From positions 107,052,397 through 107,116,396 of the forward strand of contig CM097887.1 in NCBI GenBank assembly GCA_044892525.1: a stretch of 64,000 nt of DNA. The letters are read 5' to 3'. This DNA comes from Schmidtea polychroa (Eukaryota). The position numbers and the translations under genes were made by a program. Positions 6,645 through 21,049 of the stretch are shown piece after piece. Within the stretch, counting starts at the first letter, position 1. Each line of letters starts with the position of its first letter. The notes beneath the pieces are model-generated. The model did not search any database. It was not told the origin of the DNA and saw nothing but the letters and a program-made list of their open reading frames with translations.

Positions 6645-9525
6645 GAAAGGCTAGATTAGTGAGTATTCCTGGTTGTAAAGGAATAAAGGCTTTGGATTGG
6701 TTTAGTATCAGAAAGGTAGCGAGTGTAAACCAGCCCCGCATAAATAAATTAATTAATAATTGTAGAGTTCAAAATACGTTAAACGGGACAACGAGAGATA
6801 AAACCTCAACTTGGTTATTCTTAATCATGATAGGGGGAGTAATTTGCATGATTTTAATTTTGATATTAACCACCCTATGGATGCTTAGATTAAATATGCG
6901 GGATATTCGTTATTGGGAAATTATTTACGAAACCGAGGTATAGGGGGAAAGTCTCACCATATACTAGGAAGTGTAAATATATATTTTATCTATTTTATAT
7001 GTTATTTATATTAGTATGTAAACTAATGTGGGCTCAAATGAGCATCGGTAAAATCAGACATCAGCGTATGTCGACTTTGGTTACCCTGCGAGGGTCTATC
7101 ACGAAAGTGATAAAAGCTGTTAATTATTTTATTTTTAGAAAAATGAATTATAACAGAGAACCAAAACCACCAGTCAAAGCAAATCGACGACACCCATTGG
7201 CAACGTACAATTCCCAGACTCGAGTTGAAACTGAAGTATATAGTACATACAAAGAAGAGTACGTATACAGGTTCATCGGAACTACGGTCGCTGCAAAAAT
7301 GAATCACCTCACCTCAAACTATTGGTATTATCCCAGGAGAGTGGATATTCCAAACGATTTCAAATTCGCAGGAGGGCCTCGAAAGCAAATGATGATAACG
7401 GTTATAAATAACCAAGGTAGATTAAAATTGGCGGAACTATGTAGAGATTATGGTTCATGTCCGAAATTGGAAAACATTTGGATCCATGCGATCAATAGGC
7501 CATTCACTGTGTTTATGGCGGGATTAGAGTTACCTGTTGAATTAGAAAAACAGTGTACCCTGGAGATATACCACGCTGATGGACGAGAACGGAATATTAT
7601 GATCCAGGCAGCAGCAGTTGATACCATAATCGCAGTAGAAATCTTGGATTTCAGGAAGCCATACTCTATAGTTAGCAAAAACGAGCCAACTTGGATTTAC
7701 AATGTAAATAAAGTTGATATACAGCAGTGTAAATCATTTGTGAGGAAGAAGTTAACCAAAGCCGAGGAGGACGAGGCTACAATTTTCATATCGGCAGGTT
7801 TTGCCAAATCCCGAATCGAACTGAAGGAGACAATTATCCAAATCGCAATTATGGATATGAGGGGAAATAATTTATTGAGTGCGGTAGTGACTCCCAGAGA
7901 CCCTGTAAAACACTACCAAACGCACCAATACAAGTTAAAGGAACCTGATATTAGAGGAAACCTCGACGAAGATGATTGTTATCCTCTGATAAGATCTGCG
8001 ATAAGAAAATACTTGTAGGTATTTTGCTTAAAGATCTGATCTCGGTAGCCAATCTACCAGTGCAGCGGATACTGAGTATTCGTGACCTTTCTGCAAATAA
8101 ACTATTGGAAACCAGAGGAGTCCCAATGATTCATGGTCATTACAGATTGGGATTCCCGACGAAAACTTTCCTGCGTACGGTTCCCGGAGAACCAAGGAAT
8201 TTAGTGGTCACCAATGAGGCACTGGCGATACGTGCGGTTTATTTACATCTCAGAAACGAATGGTTAGACCATATCACGAAACCCCAGGAGGAATTCATTT
8301 CCGTAACTACAGCAGCGATAGTTGAGCAGGAAATGACGCAAAAGAAGAGATTACCCGAGCAACCATCTACATCAGGGCAACCCAAGCCTAAGAGAAAATC
8401 ACCTGTGGACTTACCACCGCCTCCAGCTATATCTATTGGAGAAGAAGATGAATATGAAACATGCGTTAGCGAAACGGAGACAGCAAAATCACCCAAACAA
8501 TCATCGGGAGCTGCCTATCAGCCAAAGGATAAATCGGAAAATGCGGTCAGAAAAGAAAATCCAGAAGGAGGCAAGGTGAAAAAGATGTTAAAGAAAATAT
8601 TACCCATAAAAAGACAATTTTTTCAAATTTGTCAGACTTCCCGCCAACGGAAATTCTTCAACGATGTCTTATTTTAAAGCTCATTGCAATACCTTTCGAA
8701 TGTGGTATAGAAATCCATATTATCAATATTATTGGTAAAGATATTATTTTTTCAAAATATTATTTTTTCAAGGTCATTTATATTTTCAAGGTCATTTATA
8801 TTTTCAAGGTCATTCATATTTTCAAGGTCATATTTTAAAATTTAAATTTTTAGAGTTCCCACCAATGGAATTTATTGGCCGATGGCTAATTTTGAAGCCC
8901 ACTGCAATACCTTTCGAATGACGTATAGATATTCATATTATCATTATTATTAATAAAGATATTATTTTTTCAAAATATTATTTTTCAAGGTCGTTTATTT
9001 TTTCAAGGTTCAAAATCTGTTCAAAGCTACTGTTTTAGTCAATACGAACCAGATGAAATAATCGGTTCCATCGCCAAAAGTGATGCTCATCCTATTTGAA
9101 TATATGCCTGAAAGATTGAAAGATTCAAGTTGAAAGACCTGAAATTAGAAGACAATCACAAGAAAATATTATCCGGACAATTGATGTCCGGACTGCAATA
9201 CTTGCATAATTTGAATATCGCCCACTGCAATATCAATCCAAAAGACATTTTCGATGATATGGCAGAATTAAGATTAAAGATTTCAAACTTTGGAGGACGA
9301 ATAATAAAATTGCGCTTATCGTCATATTAGAAAATGACCAGCGAGTCGAGAGATTAGTGCTCAACCATGCTTATCTAAGTAGAAGATGGACAATCAAACC
9401 AGATACCGTGACAAAGGCGAACATTTCGTATTTGGAATTTACGGAGAGAACCGGTTGGTATACAATATATCAAGAAATAGTAAATCTAATACCTCCCACA
9501 AAAGGAGAACTAACTGGCAAAGAAG
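6645..9525 (+). repeat. Array unit 3 (2881 bp)
   Basis: Private synonymous A>T at 7292. Confidence 0.95.
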
Positions 9526-12406
9526 GAAAGGCTAGATTAGTGAGTATTCCTGGTTGTAAAGGAATAAAGGCTTTGGATTGGTTTAGTATCAGAAAGGTAG
9601 CGAGTGTAAACCAGCCCCGCATAAATAAATTAATTAATAATTGTAGAGTTCAAAATACGTTAAACGGGACAACGAGAGATAAAACCTCAACTTGGTTATT
9701 CTTAATCATGATAGGGGGAGTAATTTGCATGATTTTAATTTTGATATTAACCACCCTATGGATGCTTAGATTAAATATGCGGGATATTCGTTATTGGGAA
9801 ATTATTTACGAAACCGAGGTATAGGGGGAAAGTCTCACCATATACTAGGAAGTGTAAATATATATTTTATCTATTTTATATGTTATTTATATTAGTATGT
9901 AAACTAATGTGGGCTCAAATGAGCATCGGTAAAATCAGACATCAGCGTATGTCGACTTTGGTTACCCTGCGAGGGTCTATCACGAAAGTGATAAAAGCTG
10001 TTAATTATTTTATTTTTAGAAAAATGAATTATAACAGAGAACCAAAACCACCAGTCAAAGCAAATCGACGACACCCATTGGCAACGTACAATTCCCAGAC
10101 TCGAGTTGAAACTGAAGTATATAGTACATACAAAGAAGAGTACGTATACAGGTTCATCGGAACTACGGTCGCAGCAAAAATGAATCACCTCACCTCAAAC
10201 TATTGGTATTATCCCAGGAGAGTGGATATTCCAAACGATTTCAAATTCGCAGGAGGGCCTCGAAAGCAAATGATGATAACGGTTATAAATAACCAAGGTA
10301 GATTAAAATTGGCGGAACTATGTAGAGATTATGGTTCATGTCCGAAATTGGAAAACATTTGGATCCATGCGATCAATAGGCCATTCACTGTGTTTATGGC
10401 GGGATTAGAGTTACCTGTTGAATTAGAAAAACAGTGTACCCTGGAGATATACCACGCTGATGGACGAGAACGGAATATTATGATCCAGGCAGCAGCAGTT
10501 GATACCATAATCGCAGTAGAAATCTTGGATTTCAGGAAGCCATACTCTATAGTTAGCAAAAACGAGCCAACTTGGATTTACAATGTAAATAAAGTTGATA
10601 TACAGCAGTGTAAATCATTTGTGAGGAAGAAGTTAACCAAAGCCGAGGAGGACGAGGCTACAATTTTCATATCGGCAGGTTTTGCCAAATCCCGAATCGA
10701 ACTGAAGGAGACAATTATCCAAATCGCAATTATGGATATGAGGGGAAATAATTTATTGAGTGCGGTAGTGACTCCCAGAGACCCTGTAAAACACTACCAA
10801 ACGCACCAATACAAGTTAAAGGAACCTGATATTAGAGGAAACCTCGACGAAGATGATTGTTATCCTCTGATAAGATCTGCGATAAGAAAATACTTGTAGG
10901 TATTTTGCTTAAAGATCTGATCTCGGTAGCCAATCTACCAGTGCAGCGGATACTGAGTATTCGTGACCTTTCTGCAAATAAACTATTGGAAACCAGAGGA
11001 GTCCCAATGATTCATGGTCATTACAGATTGGGATTCCCGACGAAAACTTTCCTGCGTACGGTTCCCGGAGAACCAAGGAATTTAGTGGTCACCAATGAGG
11101 CACTGGCAATACGTGCGGTTTATTTACATCTCAGAAACGAATGGTTAGACCATATCACGAAACCCCAGGAGGAATTCATTTCCGTAACTACAGCAGCGAT
11201 AGTTGAGCAGGAAATGACGCAAAAGAAGAGATTACCCGAGCAACCATCTACATCAGGGCAACCCAAGCCTAAGAGAAAATCACCTGTGGACTTACCACCG
11301 CCTCCAGCTATATCTATTGGAGAAGAAGATGAATATGAAACATGCGTTAGCGAAACGGAGACAGCAAAATCACCCAAACAATCATCGGGAGCTGCCTATC
11401 AGCCAAAGGATAAATCGGAAAATGCGGTCAGAAAAGAAAATCCAGAAGGAGGCAAGGTGAAAAAGATGTTAAAGAAAATATTACCCATAAAAAGACAATT
11501 TTTTCAAATTTGTCAGACTTCCCGCCAACGGAAATTCTTCAACGATGTCTTATTTTAAAGCTCATTGCAATACCTTTCGAATGTGGTATAGAAATCCATA
11601 TTATCAATATTATTGGTAAAGATATTATTTTTTCAAAATATTATTTTTTCAAGGTCATTTATATTTTCAAGGTCATTTATATTTTCAAGGTCATTCATAT
11701 TTTCAAGGTCATATTTTAAAATTTAAATTTTTAGAGTTCCCACCAATGGAATTTATTGGCCGATGGCTAATTTTGAAGCCCACTGCAATACCTTTCGAAT
11801 GACGTATAGATATTCATATTATCATTATTATTAATAAAGATATTATTTTTTCAAAATATTATTTTTCAAGGTCGTTTATTTTTTCAAGGTTCAAAATCTG
11901 TTCAAAGCTACTGTTTTAGTCAATACGAACCAGATGAAATAATCGGTTCCATCGCCAAAAGTGATGCTCATCCTATTTGAATATATGCCTGAAAGATTGA
12001 AAGATTCAAGTTGAAAGACCTGAAATTAGAAGACAATCACAAGAAAATATTATCCGGACAATTGATGTCCGGACTGCAATACTTGCATAATTTGAATATC
12101 GCCCACTGCAATATCAATCCAAAAGACATTTTCGATGATATGGCAGAATTAAGATTAAAGATTTCAAACTTTGGAGAACGAATAATAAAATTGCGCTTAT
12201 CGTCATATTAGAAAATGACCAGCGAGTCGAGAGATTAGTGCTCAACCATGCTTATCTAAGTAGAAGATGGACAATCAAACCAGATACCGTGACAAAGGCG
12301 AACATTTCGTATTTGGAATTTACGGAGAGAACCGGTTGGTATACAATATATCAAGAAATAGTAAATCTAATACCTCCCACAAAAGGAGAACTAACTGGCA
12401 AAGAAG
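9526..12406 (+). repeat. Array unit 4 (2881 bp)
   Basis: G>A at 11108. G>A at 12177 (NFGER variant, shared with units 5 and 8). Confidence 0.95.
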
Positions 12407-15287
12407 GAAAGGCTAGATTAGTGAGTATTCCTGGTTGTAAAGGAATAAAGGCTTTGGATTGGTTTAGTATCAGAAAGGTAGCGAGTGTAAACCAGCCCCG
12501 CATAAATAAATTAATTAATAATTGTAGAGTTCAAAATACGTTAAACGGGACAACGAGAGATAAAACCTCAACTTGGTTATTCTTAATCATGATAGGGGGA
12601 GTAATTTGCATGATTTTAATTTTGATATTAACCACCCTATGGATGCTTAGATTAAATATGCGGGATATTCGTTATTGGGAAATTATTTACGAAACCGAGG
12701 TATAGGGGGAAAGTCTCACCATATACTAGGAAGTGTAAATATATATTTTATCTATTTTATATGTTATTTATATTAGTATGTAAACTAATGTGGGCTCAAA
12801 TGAGCATCGGTAAAATCAGACATCAGCGTATGTCGACTTTGGTTACCCTGCGAGGGTCTATCACGAAAGTGATAAAAGCTGTTAATTATTTTATTTTTAG
12901 AAAAATGAATTATAACAGAGAACCAAAACCACCAGTCAAAGCAAATCGACGACACCCATTGGCAACGTACAATTCCCAGACTCGAGTTGAAACTGAAGTA
13001 TATAGTACATACAAAGAAGAGTACGTATACAGGTTCATCGGAACTACGGTCGCAGCAAAAATGAATCACCTCACCTCAAACTATTGGTATTATCCCAGGA
13101 GAGTGGATATTCCAAACGATTTCAAATTCGCAGGAGGGCCTCGAAAGCAAATGATGATAACGGTTATAAATAACCAAGGTAGATTAAAATTGGCGGAACT
13201 ATGTAGAGATTATGGTTCATGTCCGAAATTGGAAAACATTTGGATCCATGCGATCAATAGGCCATTCACTGTGTTTATGGCGGGATTAGAGTTACCTGTT
13301 GAATTAGAAAAACAGTGTACCCTGGAGATATACCACGCTGATGGACGAGAACGGAATATTATGATCCAGGCAGCAGCAGTTGATACCATAATCGCAGTAG
13401 AAATCTTGGATTTCAGGAAGCCATACTCTATAGTTAGCAAAAACGAGCCAACTTGGATTTACAATGTAAATAAAGTTGATATACAGCAGTGTAAATCATT
13501 TGTGAGGAAGAAGTTAACCAAAGCCGAGGAGGACGAGGCTACAATTTTCATATCGGCAGGTTTTGCCAAATCCCGAATCGAACTGAAGGAGACAATTATC
13601 CAAATCGCAATTATGGATATGAGGGGAAATAATTTATTGAGTGCGGTAGTGACTCCCAGAGACCCTGTAAAACACTACCAAACGCACCAATACAAGTTAA
13701 AGGAACCTGATATTAGAGGAAACCTCGACGAAGATGATTGTTATCCTCTGATAAGATCTGCGATAAGAAAATACTTGTAGGTATTTTGCTTAAAGATCTG
13801 ATCTCGGTAGCCAATCTACCAGTGCAGCGGATACTGAGTATTCGTGACCTTTCTGCAAATAAACTATTGGAAACCAGAGGAGTCCCAATGATTCATGGTC
13901 ATTACAGATTGGGATTCCCGACGAAAACTTTCCTGCGTACGGTTCCCGGAGAACCAAGGAATTTAGTGGTCACCAATGAGGCACTGGCGATACGTGCGGT
14001 TTATTTACATCTCAGAAACGAATGGTTAGACCATATCACGAAACCCCAGGAGGAATTCATTTCCGTAACTACAGCAGCGATAGTTGAGCAGGAAATGACG
14101 CAAAAGAAGAGATTACCCGAGCAACCATCTACATCAGGGCAACCCAAGCCTAAGAGAAAATCACCTGTGGACTTACCACCGCCTCCAGCTATATCTATTG
14201 GAGAAGAAGATGAATATGAAACATGCGTTAGCGAAACGGAGACAGCAAAATCACCCAAACAATCATCGGGAGCTGCCTATCAGCCAAAGGATAAATCGGA
14301 AAATGCGGTCAGAAAAGAAAATCCAGAAGGAGGCAAGGTGAAAAAGATGTTAAAGAAAATATTACCCATAAAAAGACAATTTTTTCAAATTTGTCAGACT
14401 TCCCGCCAACGGAAATTCTTCAACGATGTCTTATTTTAAAGCTCATTGCAATACCTTTCGAATGTGGTATAGAAATCCATATTATCAATATTATTGGTAA
14501 AGATATTATTTTTTCAAAATATTATTTTTTCAAGGTCATTTATATTTTCAAGGTCATTTATATTTTCAAGGTCATTCATATTTTCAAGGTCATATTTTAA
14601 AATTTAAATTTTTAGAGTTCCCACCAATGGAATTTATTGGCCGATGGCTAATTTTGAAGCCCACTGCAATACCTTTCGAATGACGTATAGATATTCATAT
14701 TATCATTATTATTAATAAAGATATTATTTTTTCAAAATATTATTTTTCAAGGTCGTTTATTTTTTCAAGGTTCAAAATCTGTTCAAAGCTACTGTTTTAG
14801 TCAATACGAACCAGATGAAATAATCGGTTCCATCGCCAAAAGTGATGCTCATCCTATTTGAATATATGCCTGAAAGATTGAAAGATTCAAGTTGAAAGAC
14901 CTGAAATTAGAAGACAATCACAAGAAAATATTATCCGGACAATTGATGTCCGGACTGCAATACTTGCATAATTTGAATATCGCCCACTGCAATATCAATC
15001 CAAAAGACATTTTCGATGATATGGCAGAATTAAGATTAAAGATTTCAAACTTTGGAGAACGAATAATAAAATTGCGCTTATCGTCATATTAGAAAATGAC
15101 CAGCGAGTCGAGAGATTAGTGCTCAACCATGCTTATCTAAGTAGAAGATGGACAATCAAACCAGATACCGTGACAAAGGCGAACATTTCGTATTTGGAAT
15201 TTACGGAGAGAACCGGTTGGTATACAATATATCAAGAAATAGTAAATCTAATACCTCCCACAAAAGGAGAACTAACTGGCAAAGAAG
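12407..15287 (+). repeat. Array unit 5 (2881 bp)
   Basis: G>A at 15058 (NFGER variant). Confidence 0.95.
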
Positions 15288-18168
15288 GAAAGGCTAGATT
15301 AGTGAGTATTCCTGGTTGTAAAGGAATAAAGGCTTTGGATTGGTTTAGTATCAGAAAGGTAGCGAGTGTAAACCAGCCCCGCATAAATAAATTAATTAAT
15401 AATTGTAGAGTTCAAAATACGTTAAACGGGACAACGAGAGATAAAACCTCAACTTGGTTATTCTTAATCATGATAGGGGGAGTAATTTGCATGATTTTAA
15501 TTTTGATATTAACCACCCTATGGATGCTTAGATTAAATATGCGGGATATTCGTTATTGGGAAATTATTTACGAAACCGAGGTATAGGGGGAAAGTCTCAC
15601 CATATACTAGGAAGTGTAAATATATATTTTATCTATTTTATATGTTATTTATATTAGTATGTAAACTAATGTGGGCTCAAATGAGCATCGGTAAAATCAG
15701 ACATCAGCGTATGTCGACTTTGGTTACCCTGCGAGGGTCTATCACGAAAGTGATAAAAGCTGTTAATTATTTTATTTTTAGAAAAATGAATTATAACAGA
15801 GAACCAAAACCACCAGTCAAAGCAAATCGACGACACCCATTGGCAACGTACAATTCCCAGACTCGAGTTGAAACTGAAGTATATAGTACATACAAAGAAG
15901 AGTACGTATACAGGTTCATCGGAACTACGGTCGCAGCAAAAATGAATCACCTCACCTCAAACTATTGGTATTATCCCAGGAGAGTGGATATTCCAAACGA
16001 TTTCAAATTCGCAGGAGGGCCTCGAAAGCAAATGATGATAACGGTTATAAATAACCAAGGTAGATTAAAATTGGCGGAACTATGTAGAGATTATGGTTCA
16101 TGTCCGAAATTGGAAAACATTTGGATCCATGCGATCAATAGGCCATTCACTGTGTTTATGGCGGGATTAGAGTTACCTGTTAAATTAGAAAAACAGTGTA
16201 CCCTGGAGATATACCACGCTGATGGACGAGAACGGAATATTATGATCCAGGCAGCAGCAGTTGATACCATAATCGCAGTAGAAATCTTGGATTTCAGGAA
16301 GCCATACTCTATAGTTAGCAAAAACGAGCCAACTTGGATTTACAATGTAAATAAAGTTGATATACAGCAGTGTAAATCATTTGTGAGGAAGAAGTTAACC
16401 AAAGCCGAGGAGGACGAGGCTACAATTTTCATATCGGCAGGTTTTGCCAAATCCCGAATCGAACTGAAGGAGACAATTATCCAAATCGCAATTATGGATA
16501 TGAGGGGAAATAATTTATTGAGTGCGGTAGTGACTCCCAGAGACCCTGTAAAACACTACCAAACGCACCAATACAAGTTAAAGGAACCTGATATTAGAGG
16601 AAACCTCGACGAAGATGATTGTTATCCTCTGATAAGATCTGCGATAAGAAAATACTTGTAGGTATTTTGCTTAAAGATCTGATCTCGGTAGCCAATCTAC
16701 CAGTGCAGCGGATACTGAGTATTCGTGACCTTTCTGCAAATAAACTATTGGAAACCAGAGGAGTCCCAATGATTCATGGTCATTACAGATTGGGATTCCC
16801 GACGAAAACTTTCCTGCGTACGGTTCCCGGAGAACCAAGGAATTTAGTGGTCACCAATGAGGCACTGGCGATACGTGCGGTTTATTTACATCTCAGAAAC
16901 GAATGGTTAGACCATATCACGAAACCCCAGGAGGAATTCATTTCCGTAACTACAGCAGCGATAGTTGAGCAGGAAATGACGCAAAAGAAGAGATTACCCG
17001 AGCAACCATCTACATCAGGGCAACCCAAGCCTAAGAGAAAATCACCTGTGGACTTACCACCGCCTCCAGCTATATCTATTGGAGAAGAAGATGAATATGA
17101 AACATGCGTTAGCGAAACGGAGACAGCAAAATCACCCAAACAATCATCGGGAGCTGCCTATCAGCCAAAGGATAAATCGGAAAATGCGGTCAGAAAAGAA
17201 AATCCAGAAGGAGGCAAGGTGAAAAAGATGTTAAAGAAAATATTACCCATAAAAAGACAATTTTTTCAAATTTGTCAGACTTCCCGCCAACGGAAATTCT
17301 TCAACGATGTCTTATTTTAAAGCTCATTGCAATACCTTTCGAATGTGGTATAGAAATCCATATTATCAATATTATTGGTAAAGATATTATTTTTTCAAAA
17401 TATTATTTTTTCAAGGTCATTTATATTTTCAAGGTCATTTATATTTTCAAGGTCATTCATATTTTCAAGGTCATATTTTAAAATTTAAATTTTTAGAGTT
17501 CCCACCAATGGAATTTATTGGCCGATGGCTAATTTTGAAGCCCACTGCAATACCTTTCGAATGACGTATAGATATTCATATTATCATTATTATTAATAAA
17601 GATATTATTTTTTCAAAATATTATTTTTCAAGGTCGTTTATTTTTTCAAGGTTCAAAATCTGTTCAAAGCTACTGTTTTAGTCAATACGAACCAGATGAA
17701 ATAATCGGTTCCATCGCCAAAAGTGATGCTCATCCTATTTGAATATATGCCTGAAAGATTGAAAGATTCAAGTTGAAAGACCTGAAATTAGAAGACAATC
17801 ACAAGAAAATATTATCCGGACAATTGATGTCCGGACTGCAATACTTGCATAATTTGAATATCGCCCACTGCAATATCAATCCAAAAGACATTTTCGATGA
17901 TATGGCAGAATTAAGATTAAAGATTTCAAACTTTGGAGGACGAATAATAAAATTGCGCTTATCGTCATATTAGAAAATGACCAGCGAGTCGAGAGATTAG
18001 TGCTCAACCATGCTTATCTAAGTAGAAGATGGACAATCAAACCAGATACCGTGACAAAGGCGAACATTTCGTATTTGGAATTTACGGAGAGAACCGGTTG
18101 GTATACAATATATCAAGAAATAGTAAATCTAATACCTCCCACAAAAGGAGAACTAACTGGCAAAGAAG
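15288..18168 (+). repeat. Array unit 6 (2881 bp)
   Basis: G>A at 16182 (ORF B E>K). Confidence 0.95.
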
Positions 18169-21049
18169 GAAAGGCTAGATTAGTGAGTATTCCTGGTTGT
18201 AAAGGAATAAAGGCTTTGGATTGGTTTAGTATCAGAAAGGTAGCGAGTGTAAACCAGCCCCGCATAAATAAATTAATTAATAATTGTAGAGTTCAAAATA
18301 CGTTAAACGGGACAACGAGAGATAAAACCTCAACTTGGTTATTCTTAATCATGATAGGGGGAGTAATTTGCATGATTTTAATTTTGATATTAACCACCCT
18401 ATGGATGCTTAGATTAAATATGCGGGATATTCGTTATTGGGAAATTATTTACGAAACCGAGGTATAGGGGGAAAGTCTCACCATATACTAGGAAGTGTAA
18501 ATATATATTTTATCTATTTTATATGTTATTTATATTAGTATGTAAACTAATGTGGGCTCAAATGAGCATCGGTAAAATCAGACATCAGCGTATGTCGACT
18601 TTGGTTACCCTGCGAGGGTCTATCACGAAAGTGATAAAAGCTGTTAATTATTTTATTTTTAGAAAAATGAATTATAACAGAGAACCAAAACCACCAGTCA
18701 AAGCAAATCGACGACACCCATTGGCAACGTACAATTCCCAGACTCGAGTTGAAACTGAAGTATATAGTACATACAAAGAAGAGTACGTATACAGGTTCAT
18801 CGGAACTACGGTCGCAGCAAAAATGAATCACCTCACCTCAAACTATTGGTATTATCCCAGGAGAGTGGATATTCCAAACGATTTCAAATTCGCAGGAGGG
18901 CCTCGAAAGCAAATGATGATAACGGTTATAAATAACCAAGGTAGATTAAAATTGGCGGAACTATGTAGAGATTATGGTTCATGTCCGAAATTGGAAAACA
19001 TTTGGATCCATGCGATCAATAGGCCATTCACTGTGTTTATGGCGGGATTAGAGTTACCTGTTGAATTAGAAAAACAGTGTACCCTGGAGATATACCACGC
19101 TGATGGACGAGAACGGAATATTATGATCCAGGCAGCAGCAGTTGATACCATAATCGCAGTAGAAATCTTGGATTTCAGGAAGCCATACTCTATAGTTAGC
19201 AAAAACGAGCCAACTTGGATTTACAATGTAAATAAAGTTGATATACAGCAGTGTAAATCATTTGTGAGGAAGAAGTTAACCAAAGCCGAGGAGGACGAGG
19301 CTACAATTTTCATATCGGCAGGTTTTGCCAAATCCCGAATCGAACTGAAGGAGACAATTATCCAAATCGCAATTATGGATATGAGGGGAAATAATTTATT
19401 GAGTGCGGTAGTGACTCCCAGAGACCCTGTAAAACACTACCAAACGCACCAATACAAGTTAAAGGAACCTGATATTAGAGGAAACCTCGACGAAGATGAT
19501 TGTTATCCTCTGATAAGATCTGCGATAAGAAAATACTTGTAGGTATTTTGCTTAAAGATCTGATCTCGGTAGCCAATCTACCAGTGCAGCGGATACTGAG
19601 TATTCGTGACCTTTCTGCAAATAAACTATTGGAAACCAGAGGAGTCCCAATGATTCATGGTCATTACAGATTGGGATTCCCGACGAAAACTTTCCTGCGT
19701 ACGGTTCCCGGAGAACCAAGGAATTTAGTGGTCACCAATGAGGCACTGGCGATACGTGCGGTTTATTTACATCTCAGAAACGAATGGTTAGACCATATCA
19801 CGAAACCCCAGGAGAAATTCATTTCCGTAACTACAGCAGCGATAGTTGAGCAGGAAATGACGCAAAAGAAGAGATTACCCGAGCAACCATCTACATCAGG
19901 GCAACCCAAGCCTAAGAGAAAATCACCTGTGGACTTACCACCGCCTCCAGCTATATCTATTGGAGAAGAAGATGAATATGAAACATGCGTTAGCGAAACG
20001 GAGACAGCAAAATCACCCAAACAATCATCGGGAGCTGCCTATCAGCCAAAGGATAAATCGGAAAATGCGGTCAGAAAAGAAAATCCAGAAGGAGGCAAGG
20101 TGAAAAAGATGTTAAAGAAAATATTACCCATAAAAAGACAATTTTTTCAAATTTGTCAGACTTCCCGCCAACGGAAATTCTTCAACGATGTCTTATTTTA
20201 AAGCTCATTGCAATACCTTTCGAATGTGGTATAGAAATCCATATTATCAATATTATTGGTAAAGGTATTATTTTTTCAAAATATTATTTTTTCAAGGTCA
20301 TTTATATTTTCAAGGTCATTTATATTTTCAAGGTCATTCATATTTTCAAGGTCATATTTTAAAATTTAAATTTTTAGAGTTCCCACAAATGGAATTTATT
20401 GGCCGATGGCTAATTTTGAAGCCCACTGCAATACCTTTCGAATGACGTATAGATATTCATATTATCATTATTATTAATAAAGATATTATTTTTTCAAAAT
20501 ATTATTTTTCAAGGTCGTTTATTTTTTCAAGGTTCAAAATCTGTTCAAAGCTACTGTTTTAGTCAATACGAACCAGATGAAATAATCGGTTCCATCGCCA
20601 AAAGTGATGCTCATCCTATTTGAATATATGCCTGAAAGATTGAAAGATTCAAGTTGAAAGACCTGAAATTAGAAGACAATCACAAGAAAATATTATCCGG
20701 ACAATTGATGTCCGGACTGCAATACTTGCATAATTTGAATATCGCCCACTGCAATATCAATCCAAAAGACATTTTCGATGATATGGCAGAATTAAGATTA
20801 AAGATTTCAAACTTTGGAGGACGAATAATAAAATTGCGCTTATCGTCATATTAGAAAATGACCAGCGAGTCGAGAGATTAGTGCTCAACCATGCTTATCT
20901 AAGTAGAAGATGGACAATCAAACCAGATACCGTGACAAAGGCGAACATTTCGTATTTGGAATTTACGGAGAGAACCGGTTGGTATACAATATATCAAGAA
21001 ATAGTAAATCTAATACCTCCCACAAAAGGAGAACTAACTGGCAAAGAAG
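18169..21049 (+). repeat. Array unit 7 (2881 bp)
   Basis: Substitutions at 19815 (ORF C E>K), 20265 and 20387. Confidence 0.95.
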